In this document: in pieces, positions 18,261 through 29,819 of the stretch | Numbering within the stretch: position 1 is the first letter of the stretch | How the letters are laid out: the number at the start of each line of letters is the position of its first letter | DNA from: Octopus sinensis | Lineage: Eukaryota | Reading direction: 5' to 3' | Assembly (NCBI RefSeq): GCF_006345805.1 | Contig: NC_043002.1 | Span: 76,260,001 to 76,324,000, forward strand | DNA: 64,000 nt | Position numbers and translations under genes: made by a program | The notes under the pieces: generated by a model | What the model was told of the DNA's origin: nothing | What the model saw: only the letters and a program-made list of their open reading frames with translations | Databases searched by the model: none

Positions 18261-18547
18261 TCATCTCATTGAAAAAAATGAAAAAATATAAAGCGATTAT
18301 CTCCCTTATACTGGAAGAAATTCCTGATTACCTTCCCCTGCCTGGAAATCTTCACTTCATAGCGAAGACATGGCCCAATGTAGGTAAAAGAAATTTTAGA
18401 AATTTGAAAAGAATATACGAAACCGGTTATTTCTCCAAAAACTATGTTGCTATAATCAAAATTTTATAACATTTTTCTAACATAACGACTTAAATATATT
18501 CTTTAACCTTATAACACAAGCCTTTCGTAGTTTTTTCACTCTTTTTC

Positions 18548-18593
<46 letters not shown>

Positions 18594-19152
18594 TATTATT
18601 ATCATTATTATTATTATATCATATATATATATTATATATATATGTGTGTGTATATATATATTATATATATATTATATTATATGTATACATTATATTATAT
18701 TATATGTATACATTATACTATATATATTATATATATTATATTATATATATATACATATATATATATATTATATATAAGTATATATATCATATTATATATA
18801 TGTACATGCATATCTGTATGCATCCATCTATCCATCCCCCTACCCCTCGATCCATTTATACATTCATTGTGACAGACAGACAGACACACATGTGCGCAAA
18901 CAATATATACACCCATATATATATACGTGAGTGAGCGCGCGCATGCATGTGCATGTATGTATGCGTATATGTATACTTGTCTTCATTGTTTGCTTGTTAG
19001 TTGCATTTCTTAATCTTATATTTCATATTTATTTTCATTTTATTTTTGTGGTTTTCTTCATATCTTCCTCCTATTTTTCTCACAAACAGAATTGTTTACG
19101 TGCGAAAAAAATGCCTACAGCTGCAAAGCTTTCTTGCTTTTCTTTTTCCGCC

Positions 19153-19185
<33 letters not shown>

Positions 19186-19442
19186 CGTTGTTATTGCTGT
19201 TATTGTTGTTGTTGCTGGCGGTGGTGATGACGTTGCACTTGTTGTTGACGATGATGATGATGATAATGATGATGATGAAGGTGGTGGCGGTGATGTATTA
19301 TTGTATTTCTTGTTTAGTGTAGAATATCTTCATTTGCATGTGTGCATGTGTAAGTCTATGTATTCGTTTGCCTGTTTCCTTTGCTGATCTACATACATAT
19401 AAACATACACTCTTACATACATATTTGCCTATATTATATAAA

Positions 19443-19513
<71 letters not shown>

Positions 19514-19539
19514 TATATATATATAATATATATATATAT

Positions 19540-20195
19540 ATATAAAACTGAGAATGTGTGTCTGTCTGTCTGTGTGTTTCCCTAAAACTTGAGAACTACA
19601 CAAACAATTTCATTCAATGCCTTACTTAGGGTCAAGGGAGTGTCATCGGCAAACATTTTTTTAACTTTTTGCCTATGGCGAGCCCACAGTAATATCATAT
19701 CTTCTCCACTACGATTCCCTAAAACTTGAGAACTACACAACCAATTTCATTCAAATTTTACACATGCATTACTTAGGGTCCATGTAGATTCATGGGCAAA
19801 AAAAGTTCAACTTCTTGCCTAGAGCGAGCCCATAGCAATATCATATCTTTTTCACTATTTCAATATTACGTGTTAAAAGTGAAACAAAACATTTCTCTAT
19901 CTTATGTCAGATACTTTCACTTTAACAATAAAAATTAGAGATAATAATAACAATTGAGTTATATGTAGTAAGTAATAATTAAAATCAAACTAAAGTATAA
20001 TATAATCGTAACATAACAAAAAAAATAGCAATGGGTATAAAATTGCATCAATGACTTGAACTTGAATAAGTGGTTTCGCATGAATGGGAATAAATTAAAA
20101 TAAATTAGTGTGCAGAAATGGAATAGTCCAGATGGAGCTGTGCACATACCGTTTACCACGGCTTTTACATTAAATTATCTGCTAATTAGCTAGCA
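19540..20195 (+). mobile_element. Probable non-autonomous Helitron-like element with ~137-bp internal repeat
   Basis: Starts TATAAAACTGAGAATGTGTGTCTGTCTGTCTG after (TA)n; CCCTAAAACTTGAGAACTACACAA occurs at 19580 and 19717. Class assignment and 3' end are uncertain. Confidence 0.45.
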
Positions 20196-20596
20196 TTAAG
20201 TATATATATGACGTTTGGCTGTATGTAATGTCTGTTTTCTCGAACAGCCGCTTCTACTGAGTACTGCTCTTGGTTTATTTCTTATACATAAAGACTATAG
20301 CTTCAACTGCGTACTGCTTTTTAATTCACCGTAAGGTTTGTTGTTATTATTATTACTGTTTAACTATTGTTATCACGTTTGTAGGTTCCTCGTAAGGGAA
20401 ACGCTGTTGTATTGTATTTGTTAAATAATAGTAAACTGTAACTACCCACACCCTTTGGGAGAAGGAGCTTTGGTTATTGTTTAAAATTTTAATTGTGTCC
20501 CTGTTTGGGGAAATTGACAATATTTTCACCGTTTATACGGAAGCATTTTTGTTAGAATGCCTTCGATAGAAGAAAGTCCAAAATTGAATTTCCATA

Positions 20597-20628
<32 letters not shown>

Positions 20629-20790
20629 GATGAGAAAGTTGGTTTGTGAAAGCACATGGTTGAATATATAGAAAATAGTAAAAAGTGAAAAAACTACAGA
20701 AGGCTTGTTTTAAAAGGTTAAAAAATATATATTTGAGTCAATATGTCTGAAGAATGTTATCATTTTTTTTCTTACAATGACATACTTTAG

Positions 20791-20868
<78 letters not shown>

Positions 20869-20869
20869 T

Positions 20870-21036
20870 ATTTCTTTACTACTTACAAGGGGCTAAACAT
20901 AGAGGCGACAAACAAGGACAGACAAACGGATTAAGTCGATTACATCGACCCCAGTGCGTAACTGGTACTTAATTTCATCCTTAATTTAAGGATGAAAGGC
21001 AAAGTCGCCCTAGGCGGAATTTGAACTCAGAACGTA
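20870..21036 (-). mobile_element. SINE family A, partial
   Basis: GGGGCTAAACATAGAGG...GATTAAGTCGATTACATCGACCCCAGTGCGTAACTGGTAC...GAATTTGAACTCAGAACGTAA. Confidence 0.85.
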
Positions 21037-21142
21037 ATATAAATGTTCAGACAAGAAAATTCAGATGTAGCACATGAGGTATTATTCCATACGAATATAC
21101 ACATATTCATATTAAGAGTTTCATGATAAAAATATAGAAATA

Positions 21143-21709
21143 TTGGGTTGTCCGGAAAGTTCGTGCCGATTTATAGTAGCTTATCTTTCGACTTATTATA
21201 CAACATGTTTGAGTCCATAAAATAGGATTTGACTACATCTCCATTTAGAGCACAGTTTAAGCTATCTTTTCGTGGAAGAAGGTTTATGTTCCTATAACCT
21301 GTGTTAATTCTGTAACCCTTTAAAATAAAAGATGAGAAAGTTCATTTTTCGACACTTGATGCTTTGGGAACCAGACAAAAATTGCTGCAGCTCGGCTGGG
21401 ATGTGTTACCCCCACCCTCCCTATTCCTCAGATATTGCTCCTTCGGATTTCCACTTATTCAGGTCTCTGCAGAAAAGTCTTAACGGTAAAAATTTCAATT
21501 CCTTAGATGACGTAAAAAGATAGCTTGACGAATTATTTGCCTTGAAACCATCCAAATTCTGGGAAGAGGGTATTTCCAAGGTAAAGGAAAGATGGAGACG
21601 TATTGTGCAACGAAATGGTTTAGATTTGGTTCATTAAAAAAGTAATGGCAAGTATTTAGAGATATTTACTTTCCTTTAAATATGGGAACGAACTTTCCGG
21701 ACAACCCAA
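21143..21709 (+). mobile_element. Internally deleted mariner element (567 bp)
   Basis: TIRs TTGGGTTGTCCGGAAAGTTCGT / ACGAACTTTCCGGACAACCCAA, TA on both sides; residual HPPYSSDIAPSDFHLFRSLQKSLNGKNF (YSPDLAP-SD motif). Confidence 0.95.
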
Positions 21710-21790
21710 TATAAGCATAACAATGAAATACGAATATAAACATGAAAAATAAAAACCTAAATTAAAAGAGGCGATTAAAATTTTTTTCCT

Positions 21791-21858
21791 AACCTGCAGC
21801 CGTTTCAGAAAAGTGGTTGTACGAAGTATTCGAAATTCAGCCCTCCTTCCTCATGGTT
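21791..21858 (-). ncRNA. Degenerate type I hammerhead motif
   Basis: rc: AACC-aUGAGGA-[AGGAGG...CUUUUCU]-GAAA-CGGCUG-CA-GGUU. Two core substitutions, so probably inactive. Confidence 0.35.
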
Positions 21859-22198
21859 CCTTTCTCGAGGTAAAATCCAGCAAAAAGCATTAAGGCACTA
21901 CATGGTGAGTATTCAGTTGGTGAAAGTTCAGTTTTTTTAATAAGAAATGAAAATCATTGAAATTTTAACTTTAGTTAATCATGCAAATAATAGCCAATGG
22001 GAATAGTCCACTGTGTAAAGAAATAATTTAAGATTACAGGTTTGTGCATAAGTGTTCATTGGATCTAATGATCTAATTGAACCGTATTTTCAAAAAGCTT
22101 TTATATTCTAAAAAATTATATTTTAAAGTTTAAGAAAACTATAAGACGCTAAATATTTATGCTTACAACATACTAAAATGTCTGTAATTTTTTATATA

Positions 22199-23724
22199 GG
22201 TTCGCAAAACGAGATTGATAAAATGACTTGGTGGTTCGGCAAACGAGATTGATAAAATGACTTAGTGGTTCGCCAAACGAGATCGATAAACGTTGTTGTT
22301 GAGATCGATAAAATGACGTAGTGGGTCGATAAACAACATCGATAAAATGACTTAGCGGTGCGCCAAAAATGATTGATGAAATTACTTAGCGTTTTGACAA
22401 ACATGATCGACGAAGCGGTTCGCTAAACGTGATCGATAAAATGACTTAGCCGTTCGCCAAACGAGATCGATAAAATGACTTAGCGGTTTGCCAATTGTGA
22501 TCGATAAAATGACTTAGCGGATCGCCAAACATGATCGTTAAACTGACTAAGCGTTTCGACAAACATGATCGAATAAGCGGTTCGCCAAACGTAACCGATA
22601 AAATGACCTGGCGGTTCGGCAAAGAAGAATGATAAAATGACTTAGTGGTTCGCCAAACGAGATCGATAAAATGTCTTAGCGGTTCGCAAAACGAGTACGA
22701 TAAAATGACTTAGCGGTTCACCAAACGTGATCGATAAAATGACTTGGCGGTTCGGCAAACGAAATCGATAAAATGAATTAGCGGTTCGCCAAACGAGAAC
22801 GATAAAATGACGTAGTGGTTCGATAAACAACATCGATAAAGTGACTTACTAGTTCGACAAACGAGATCGATAAAATGACGTAACGGTTCGAAAAACGATC
22901 AATAAAATGACATAGCGGATCACTAAAGGGGATAGATAAAATGCTTTAGCGTTTCGACAAAAGGATCGATAAAATGACATACCGGTTCGATAAAATGACA
23001 TCGCGATAAAACGACCTAGCAGTTCGCCAAAATGATCGATAAAATGACTTAGCGATTCGCCAAACGTGATCGATAAACTGATTTAGCATTTCGCGAAACA
23101 TGATCGAATAAGCGGTTCGCAAAAGATGATCGATAAATTGACTTGGCGGTTCGGCAAACGCGATCGATAAAATGACTTAACGGTTCGCTATACAAGATCG
23201 ATAAAATGACCTAGCGTTTCGCCAAACGTCATCAATAAAATGACTTGGCGGTTCCGCAAACAAAATCGAAAAAATGACATAGCGGTTCGCCAAACGAGAT
23301 CGATAAAATGACATAGCGGTGCGACAAACGAGATTGATAAAATGACATAGCGGATCGCTAAAGGAGATCGATAAAAGGAGTTAGCGTTTCGACAAAAATG
23401 ATCGATAAATGGACTTGGCGTTTTGACAAACATGATCGACCTAGCAGTTCGCCAAACGTGATCGATAAAATGACATGGTGGTTCGGCAAACGAGTTCGAT
23501 AAAATTTAGCCGTTCGCTAAATAAGATCGATAAAATAACTTAGCGGTTCGCCTAACGTGATCGATAAAATAACTTGGCGGTTCGGGAAACGAGATCGATA
23601 AAATGAATTAGCGGTTCGCCAAACGAGATCGATAAATGACGTAGTGGTTCGAAAAAAAGATCCATAATTGATCTAGCGGTTCGCTAAAGGAGAACGATAA
23701 AATGACTCTAGCGGTTCGAAAAAC
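22199..23724 (+). repeat. 34-bp minisatellite array (~45 diverged units), SINE-related
   Basis: Consensus ACTTAGCGGTTCGCCAAACGAGATCGATAAAATG; CGATAAAA recurs at 22434, 22468 and 22502 (period 34). Confidence 0.95.
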
Positions 23725-23769
23725 ACATACACACACACACACGTGTGTGTGTGTGTACATTCATATTTA

Positions 23770-25377
23770 TTATATCAAAGACAATGTCTTTATGTGTTCG
23801 TGTATTACTTATACATTCGATCATAATGAAATTTGGAACACAAAATCGAAGCCCAGGGAGAAGGGTAATGCTGTGTTTCATACAATTTCATGGACCAAAA
23901 TTACTGAATGGATCCTTATGATATTTGAAACTTAGATTCAATGCATATGGGCGGGTATAAATGCAATATGTTTGGTTTGAATTTCAGATGGCTTAAAGGG
24001 GTCCGAACCCCCCATGAAAATTCATAAATTTTCGATGTTGATGAAATTTCAACCATGGGTAATTGACACATCAAGAAGTATTCTGAAAGTTTCCACTTCA
24101 CATGAGGATTCTTAACTCCCAAATTTTAGTCATTTCTTTTATAATCCAAAACTAAGTCAAAAGTACTGAATGGATCTTTACGAAATTTGGAAATTATAAT
24201 CTATGCATAATGGCCACAACCCCCATGACAAATCATATATTTTTGCTGTTGATGAACTTTTAACCATAGAGATTAGATACAAATGAAGTAATATTTATAA
24301 AATTTCATCTTCTTACAAGTTATAATGACCCCTCCATCGGGACATAACACCCAAATTTTTGTCATTTTATCTAAGCAAAGACGAATAGTTGTATTCTTGG
24401 AAGCTGTGGCGTCATCCGAGCATAGAAGATGAGCATTATCTGTAATTCAATGGTACCACAGTGTAACAGTTTGCTTTCACATACACTTAGATTGTGATTT
24501 CTGCAATGTGGTGCATAAATTGTCAAGTAAATGAGAGGCATCTTTGCCTCCACTGATTCAGTTGCAAAATGTTGAGTAAAGTTATTTGATTGCAGACCTC
24601 CTTTCAATCTTTTTATTATCACTGGGTCACACATATGGTAACATTGATTTCAAGGCCTTCCCAGATAAGTGACATTTATAGATTGTAAATTTATTCTGTC
24701 CATTTACGTATCAGTATCGTGGTCATTTGCTAACTCCAACTTTCATTTCTCCTTAGCCCTCACGTCACACAGTTGTTAACATTTATTTCAGTTGGGTCAC
24801 GCCCTTCCAATTGCTATAGATTCGTAATGCATCTTACGGCTGTGCCTGTCACCTGCATGGTGAGGAATACTACATTGGGAGTGGTAACGACTAGGGTACT
24901 GTAGCTGACTGCTTATTGTGATCATTCGTCTGTTTGTTTCCCGTAGCTTTGCTCTCTTTTACAAACTCAGTGAACATATATTTCTTATTTCAAAGAAATT
25001 CAAACAAAAGATATAAGACCCAAGTTAAAAAGATTCTCAAGAATTCAACTTCTCTGGTTGACATTAAGATGCCCACCCCCAATAGGGGCGTTAACTCTCA
25101 CATTTTAGAGCTCCATGATCTCCATTTTTCAGGAGCAAAATCCTTTTAACAGGTTCTATAAGACTGGAATTTTAGAATATCAACATAAAAACCAGCAGTA
25201 TGGGATACATGTGGCACGATTACAATTTTGTGTGGGTGTGTAAAGAGGGAAATAACCCTTATCTACTATTTTGATGAAATTCGAAACAGATATTCCAGTT
25301 CATTACAGAAAATATAACAGAAAAGTCAAATTCTTCAATTGTATGAAACTCGGGCAACGCCAGGTGTCTCTGCTAGT
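23770..25377 (+). mobile_element. Probable non-autonomous Helitron
   Basis: 3' end CGGGCAACGCCAGG...TGCTAG|T (GC hairpin then CTAG at 25373-25376); internal diverged repeats (AAAA(T/G)TACTGAATGGATC at ~23897 and ~24159). The 5' boundary is approximate. Confidence 0.5.
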
Positions 25378-25387
25378 ATATACATAC

Positions 25388-25420
<33 letters not shown>

Positions 25421-25529
25421 ATATATATATAATAAAATCAATACATGGTGGGGTTGTGTTGACCCATACACCCATTTTCATTTAAAATTTACCTTCAATT
25501 TAGCATTCTGCCTTTTTATAATTTTTCCT

Positions 25530-25561
<32 letters not shown>

Positions 25562-25567
25562 ATATAT

Positions 25568-25836
25568 ATAACATAAGGGACTAAAGCCATCTGAATATGG
25601 CTAGGGACAGGGCAGGGTGGGGGTGTTACTGTTGCATTTAGCCCCAGGCGAACATCAACGTCGCCAGATAGGCTTGACACCATCACGGCGTCCTTTATCC
25701 TGCAAAGGGAGGCCGTGATGGTGTCAAGCTTATCTGGCGACGTTGATGTTCGCCTGGGGCTAAATGCAACAGTAACACCCCCACCACCCTGCTCTGTCCC
25801 TAGCCATATTCAGATGGCTTTAGTCCCTTATGTTAT
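25568..25836. repeat. Near-perfect inverted repeat (fold-back), arms ~129/133 bp, 7-nt loop
   Basis: ATAACATAAGGGACTAAAGCCATCTGAATATGGCTAGGGACAG... mirrors ...CTGTCCCTAGCCATATTCAGATGGCTTTAGTCCCTTATGTTAT; loop ATCCTGC at 25697-25703. Confidence 0.97.
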
Positions 25837-26010
25837 GGAGCAGTTACTGTCTATATCTCATTTAGAGAATTATTATTGCTATATATATATATAATATATA
25901 TAACACATACATATATATATATAATATATATATATATACGTACATACATACATACATACATACATACTACATACATACATACAACATACATACATACATA
26001 CATACATACG

Positions 26011-26044
<34 letters not shown>

Positions 26045-26071
26045 CATACATACATACATACATACATACAT

Positions 26072-26102
<31 letters not shown>

Positions 26103-26847
26103 CTTGCCTTTATAAAATTAAGATTGACAAACTTCGAGAGAACGTGAAGTGAAATAATTTACTTATTGGTGCAGTGGTGCTTAATTAAGATAAAGCTATA
26201 AATAAAAGCGCGTAAATATTGGGTGAAAATTTTGGGGATAAAAAAAAAGATGAGACCTGCCTACACCTATAAACATGACAGACGTTCTAGTATTGGGTCA
26301 AAGCAGACGTTCTAACATTGGATCAAAGCAATCCTTCAAATTTCTCTAAACTGTTTGGAAAGCTATTGAATATTCTTGACGTTAAAAGAATTTAGAAACT
26401 TCGAGAGAACGTAAAATAGCTTTTTGTCTTGGCGCCTCTAAAAATATATGTTGTAAGTATTAGCTCCGAATCCCTAAGGTAGCCTTTACATTTTTGCTCT
26501 CCATTTTTGACCAGGCCAAACCGACTGATACAGCTTTCACGGTGTAGTTTTCTTGCTATATCTCACTTTCAAGCATGCCTTTCTCGATAATGTACTTGAT
26601 CAGTGATTTCTTTATCAAAGATATTATTTCTACTTTAAAAAAGACAATACTTACTCGTACCATTTAACGATCAAAATACGAAACGATTATTGTGACTTTT
26701 ATTACTGTTCATAAATCACTTATATTGTAGATGATATGACGAGAAATTTTCCTCGGAGTTTTCACAAAATAGTTACTGACAAAATTCTTGAAAGCGTAAT
26801 AACAGGAGCTAAATTCTTTGGTGAGAATACAGGTTGGGGACAATATA

Positions 26848-27717
26848 CGAGATCTGATCAATAAGTATCCGGACTGTGGCCACAGCAACGAATCTAGTGC
26901 ACGCAGTGTAAAGCCACTTGGTACAGATTGACCTTGAGCTCTGCTGTGCATGCGCACTGAGTTTTAACGTCCTTGCTCACTTCCGCTGTTTACTGCAGTG
27001 TTTTTGGAAGGAAGGTGTGTAGAGTGTGAACGTCACATTGACCAGGATAGAAAAAGTTGTCATGGCAATACCTGCTCAGAGGCCTACCGAAAATTGCAGA
27101 AAGTGTACGGATAGGAATGTATCAGTGTGTGAGTGGTTCAGATGTTTCCAAGATGGCCGAAAAATGCGGATATTGACGAACGTTCTGGGAGACCCGCAAC
27201 CAGTAGAACTGAGAAAAAAATCCCAGATGTGTATGTAGCTGTGAGGGGAAATCGTCGTGTCACCATCCGTGAGTTATCAGAGGATGTGCAGTTAGTTACG
27301 GTTCAGTTCAGTCCATTATCACTAAAGATTTGTATATGAAATGCTTGTCTGCCAAGTTTGTGCCAAAACTTCTTTCAGCTGACCGGAAAAACGCTCGAGT
27401 TTCACTTGCACAAGATCTCATTGATTGAGTCAAGAACGATAAAAACTTTTTGAAAACTTTGCAGGTATTGCCAAGCTTTTGGCAAAATTTGATGCAGATT
27501 CTCTGCTCAACTTTCTTTCTAATGAGCAATACGATGATCACACGCTACACACCTTCCTTCCAAGCACTGCTGTAAACAGCAGCAGAGAGCTAAAACGTTA
27601 AAACTTAGAGCACATGCACAGCAGTGTTCACAGTCAATCTATGCCAAGCGGCTTTACTCTGCGTGCTTTAGCTTCGTTACTATGTCAACAGTCCTGATAC
27701 TTATTGATCAGACCTCG
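26848..27717 (+). mobile_element. Mariner-derived element built from two inverted 5' ends
   Basis: Ends CGAGATCTGATCAATAAGTATCCGGACTG / CAGTCCTGATACTTATTGATCAGACCTCG with more than 200 bp of inverted similarity. + strand encodes WFRCFQDGR, DERSGRPATS, NRRVTIRELSE, SAKFVPKLL; - strand encodes the N-terminus KVEQRICIKFCQKLGNTC. Confidence 0.9.
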
Positions 27718-28453
27718 CATTTGTGTGGACAATATAGTTGCATATCTCGACCCCAATTATTCATTGATATTTGATTTTACGATTCCGTAAAGATTAAAAG
27801 AAAATAGTTGATCTTATTCAAAATCTGAGCGGAAACAGATGCAAATAAATACAGTAGAACATTATGTCTGGCTCCACCAATTTTGCCACATGAAGGAATT
27901 CATATTCATCGCATACATTTTATCAATCTGTAATGGAAAAAGAAATATATATCATGACACATTTGACCTAAACAATCAAACTATGAACTAGAGTCCATAA
28001 GCGGTATTTATCCAAATCTTTTTTCCAAATTTGCTCAATATTCTAGGATAGTACTCGGCAAATTTCAGATTCTTTTGAGATTTACATGTTTTATAAAGTA
28101 AAGCTGTACGGCCAGCTATCATAGACAAATGTATTTATCTTAGTAACATGTACCATGCTTCACTAAATGGTTTCGATCGGTGCCTATGTAATCGTTAGCA
28201 GCAAGAGATGTATTTTCGGTCCTTCATCCTTGATCCAGCAGATGAAGAGAGGGAGTGCTGAAACAGTACTCGACAAGTACTCATTACAACTGAGCAAGGA
28301 GGAATGTTGGCGCGATCACCTAGCCGGAGTAGTGGTTTCATTCGAAAGCTTAAACGATGCATTGTGACAAGCGATGTGTAACAACATCGGATACTCTGGT
28401 CTGTCAAATGTCTGGTATGTTGATTTTTTCATTCATTATAAATCTTGAATTAT

Positions 28454-28519
28454 GCTTGCACTGATGAGTAGAGAGTGCAAACCACTGCACTGATTACGAA
28501 ATCCCAGGTGATCTGCAGC
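28454..28519 (+). ncRNA. Type I hammerhead ribozyme motif, intact core
   Basis: GCUUGCA-CUGAUGA-GUA[gagAGUGCA aaccac UGCACU gau]UAC-GAAA-UC ccaggu GA-UC^-UGCAGC. Stems I, II and III all pair; cleavage triplet AUC. Confidence 0.75.
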
Positions 28520-28724
28520 TGAATTCTGTTTTTAAATGGCTTGCTTCGAGAGTTGCATTCGGTACGACATGTTTATTTATTTTAGTAGTTTTTACTTTAA
28601 GAGTCCTTCCTAGCGTGTGGCATTTATCTGTAATAATGCCCTCTATATGCCCTCTAAATAATATAAATAAATATATTTAAGTGAAAAAATTGGTGGATTC
28701 TTTCTCTTATGGGGATTTACCAAC

Positions 28725-28771
<47 letters not shown>

Positions 28772-28887
28772 GTGTGTATGTATGTATCTATGTATGTCTG
28801 TATGTATATATACATTTATATACATATAACTAAATATATATATATGTACATACGTACATATAAAAACATACGCACACACACTAACGT

Positions 28888-28918
<31 letters not shown>

Positions 28919-29082
28919 TATATATAAGGAAATGTTTTATCATCACTGAAAGTGGCTGAGCGTGCTATAGCACCTATATTCCTAGAAAAATAAGTTAAAA
29001 AAGCTTAATGCTTTCAGAAGAGCGCAATATATATATATACTGGCAGATAGATTTAACCAAGCCATCGACTATTTGAATAGTC

Positions 29083-29123
29083 ACTACTGATGATGCCAAC
29101 GAGATAAACGAAACTGGTCTAGT
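29083..29123 (+). ncRNA. Minimal type I hammerhead-like motif, weak stem II
   Basis: ACUA-CUGAUGA-ugccaacgagauaaac-GAAA-CUGGUC^-UAGU in a ~140-bp island between (TA)n tracts. Confidence 0.5.
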
Positions 29124-29184
29124 CTTCCAATTTTAGAGACAATCATAGGGCGATTATCTCCCCTGTCCCTTTCCTAATATATAT

Positions 29185-29275
<91 letters not shown>

Positions 29276-29426
29276 ATATACATATATATTGCCTTCTTTT
29301 TACAGTGTTTAACTCTTAAGTTTAGCAATATAAGTGCTTCAGCCCATTCAGTCATATTTACTGGTGATAAAATTTTGCCTTATTATATTATATTGCACCT
29401 AGCTGTTTATGATAATTTATATAAAG

Positions 29427-29457
<31 letters not shown>

Positions 29458-29606
29458 ATATATATATATATATATTATATATATATATATATATATAGGT
29501 ATATATATATTATATATATATATGATATACATATATACAATGGTATGTGAATATATGTATATGTAGTTGCGAATATGCATGTCTGTAAACGTGGTTACAC
29601 GTATAC

Positions 29607-29650
<44 letters not shown>

Positions 29651-29768
29651 GTTAGTAACATATACAGAGAGAGAGAGAGAGACGGAGAGAGAAACACAGA
29701 GAATGAAGACAACGGATTTAGGAATGTCATTGTTGAATAACATATATTCATATAGGTATATATGTATG

Positions 29769-29819
<51 letters not shown>

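Noticed and set aside
22199-23724. CRISPR array
   Set aside because: Units are contiguous and diverged with no unique spacers, there are no cas genes, and the context is eukaryotic.
24371-24634. Helitron helicase fragment in the minus-strand ORF
   Set aside because: No convincing Rep or Pif1 motifs.
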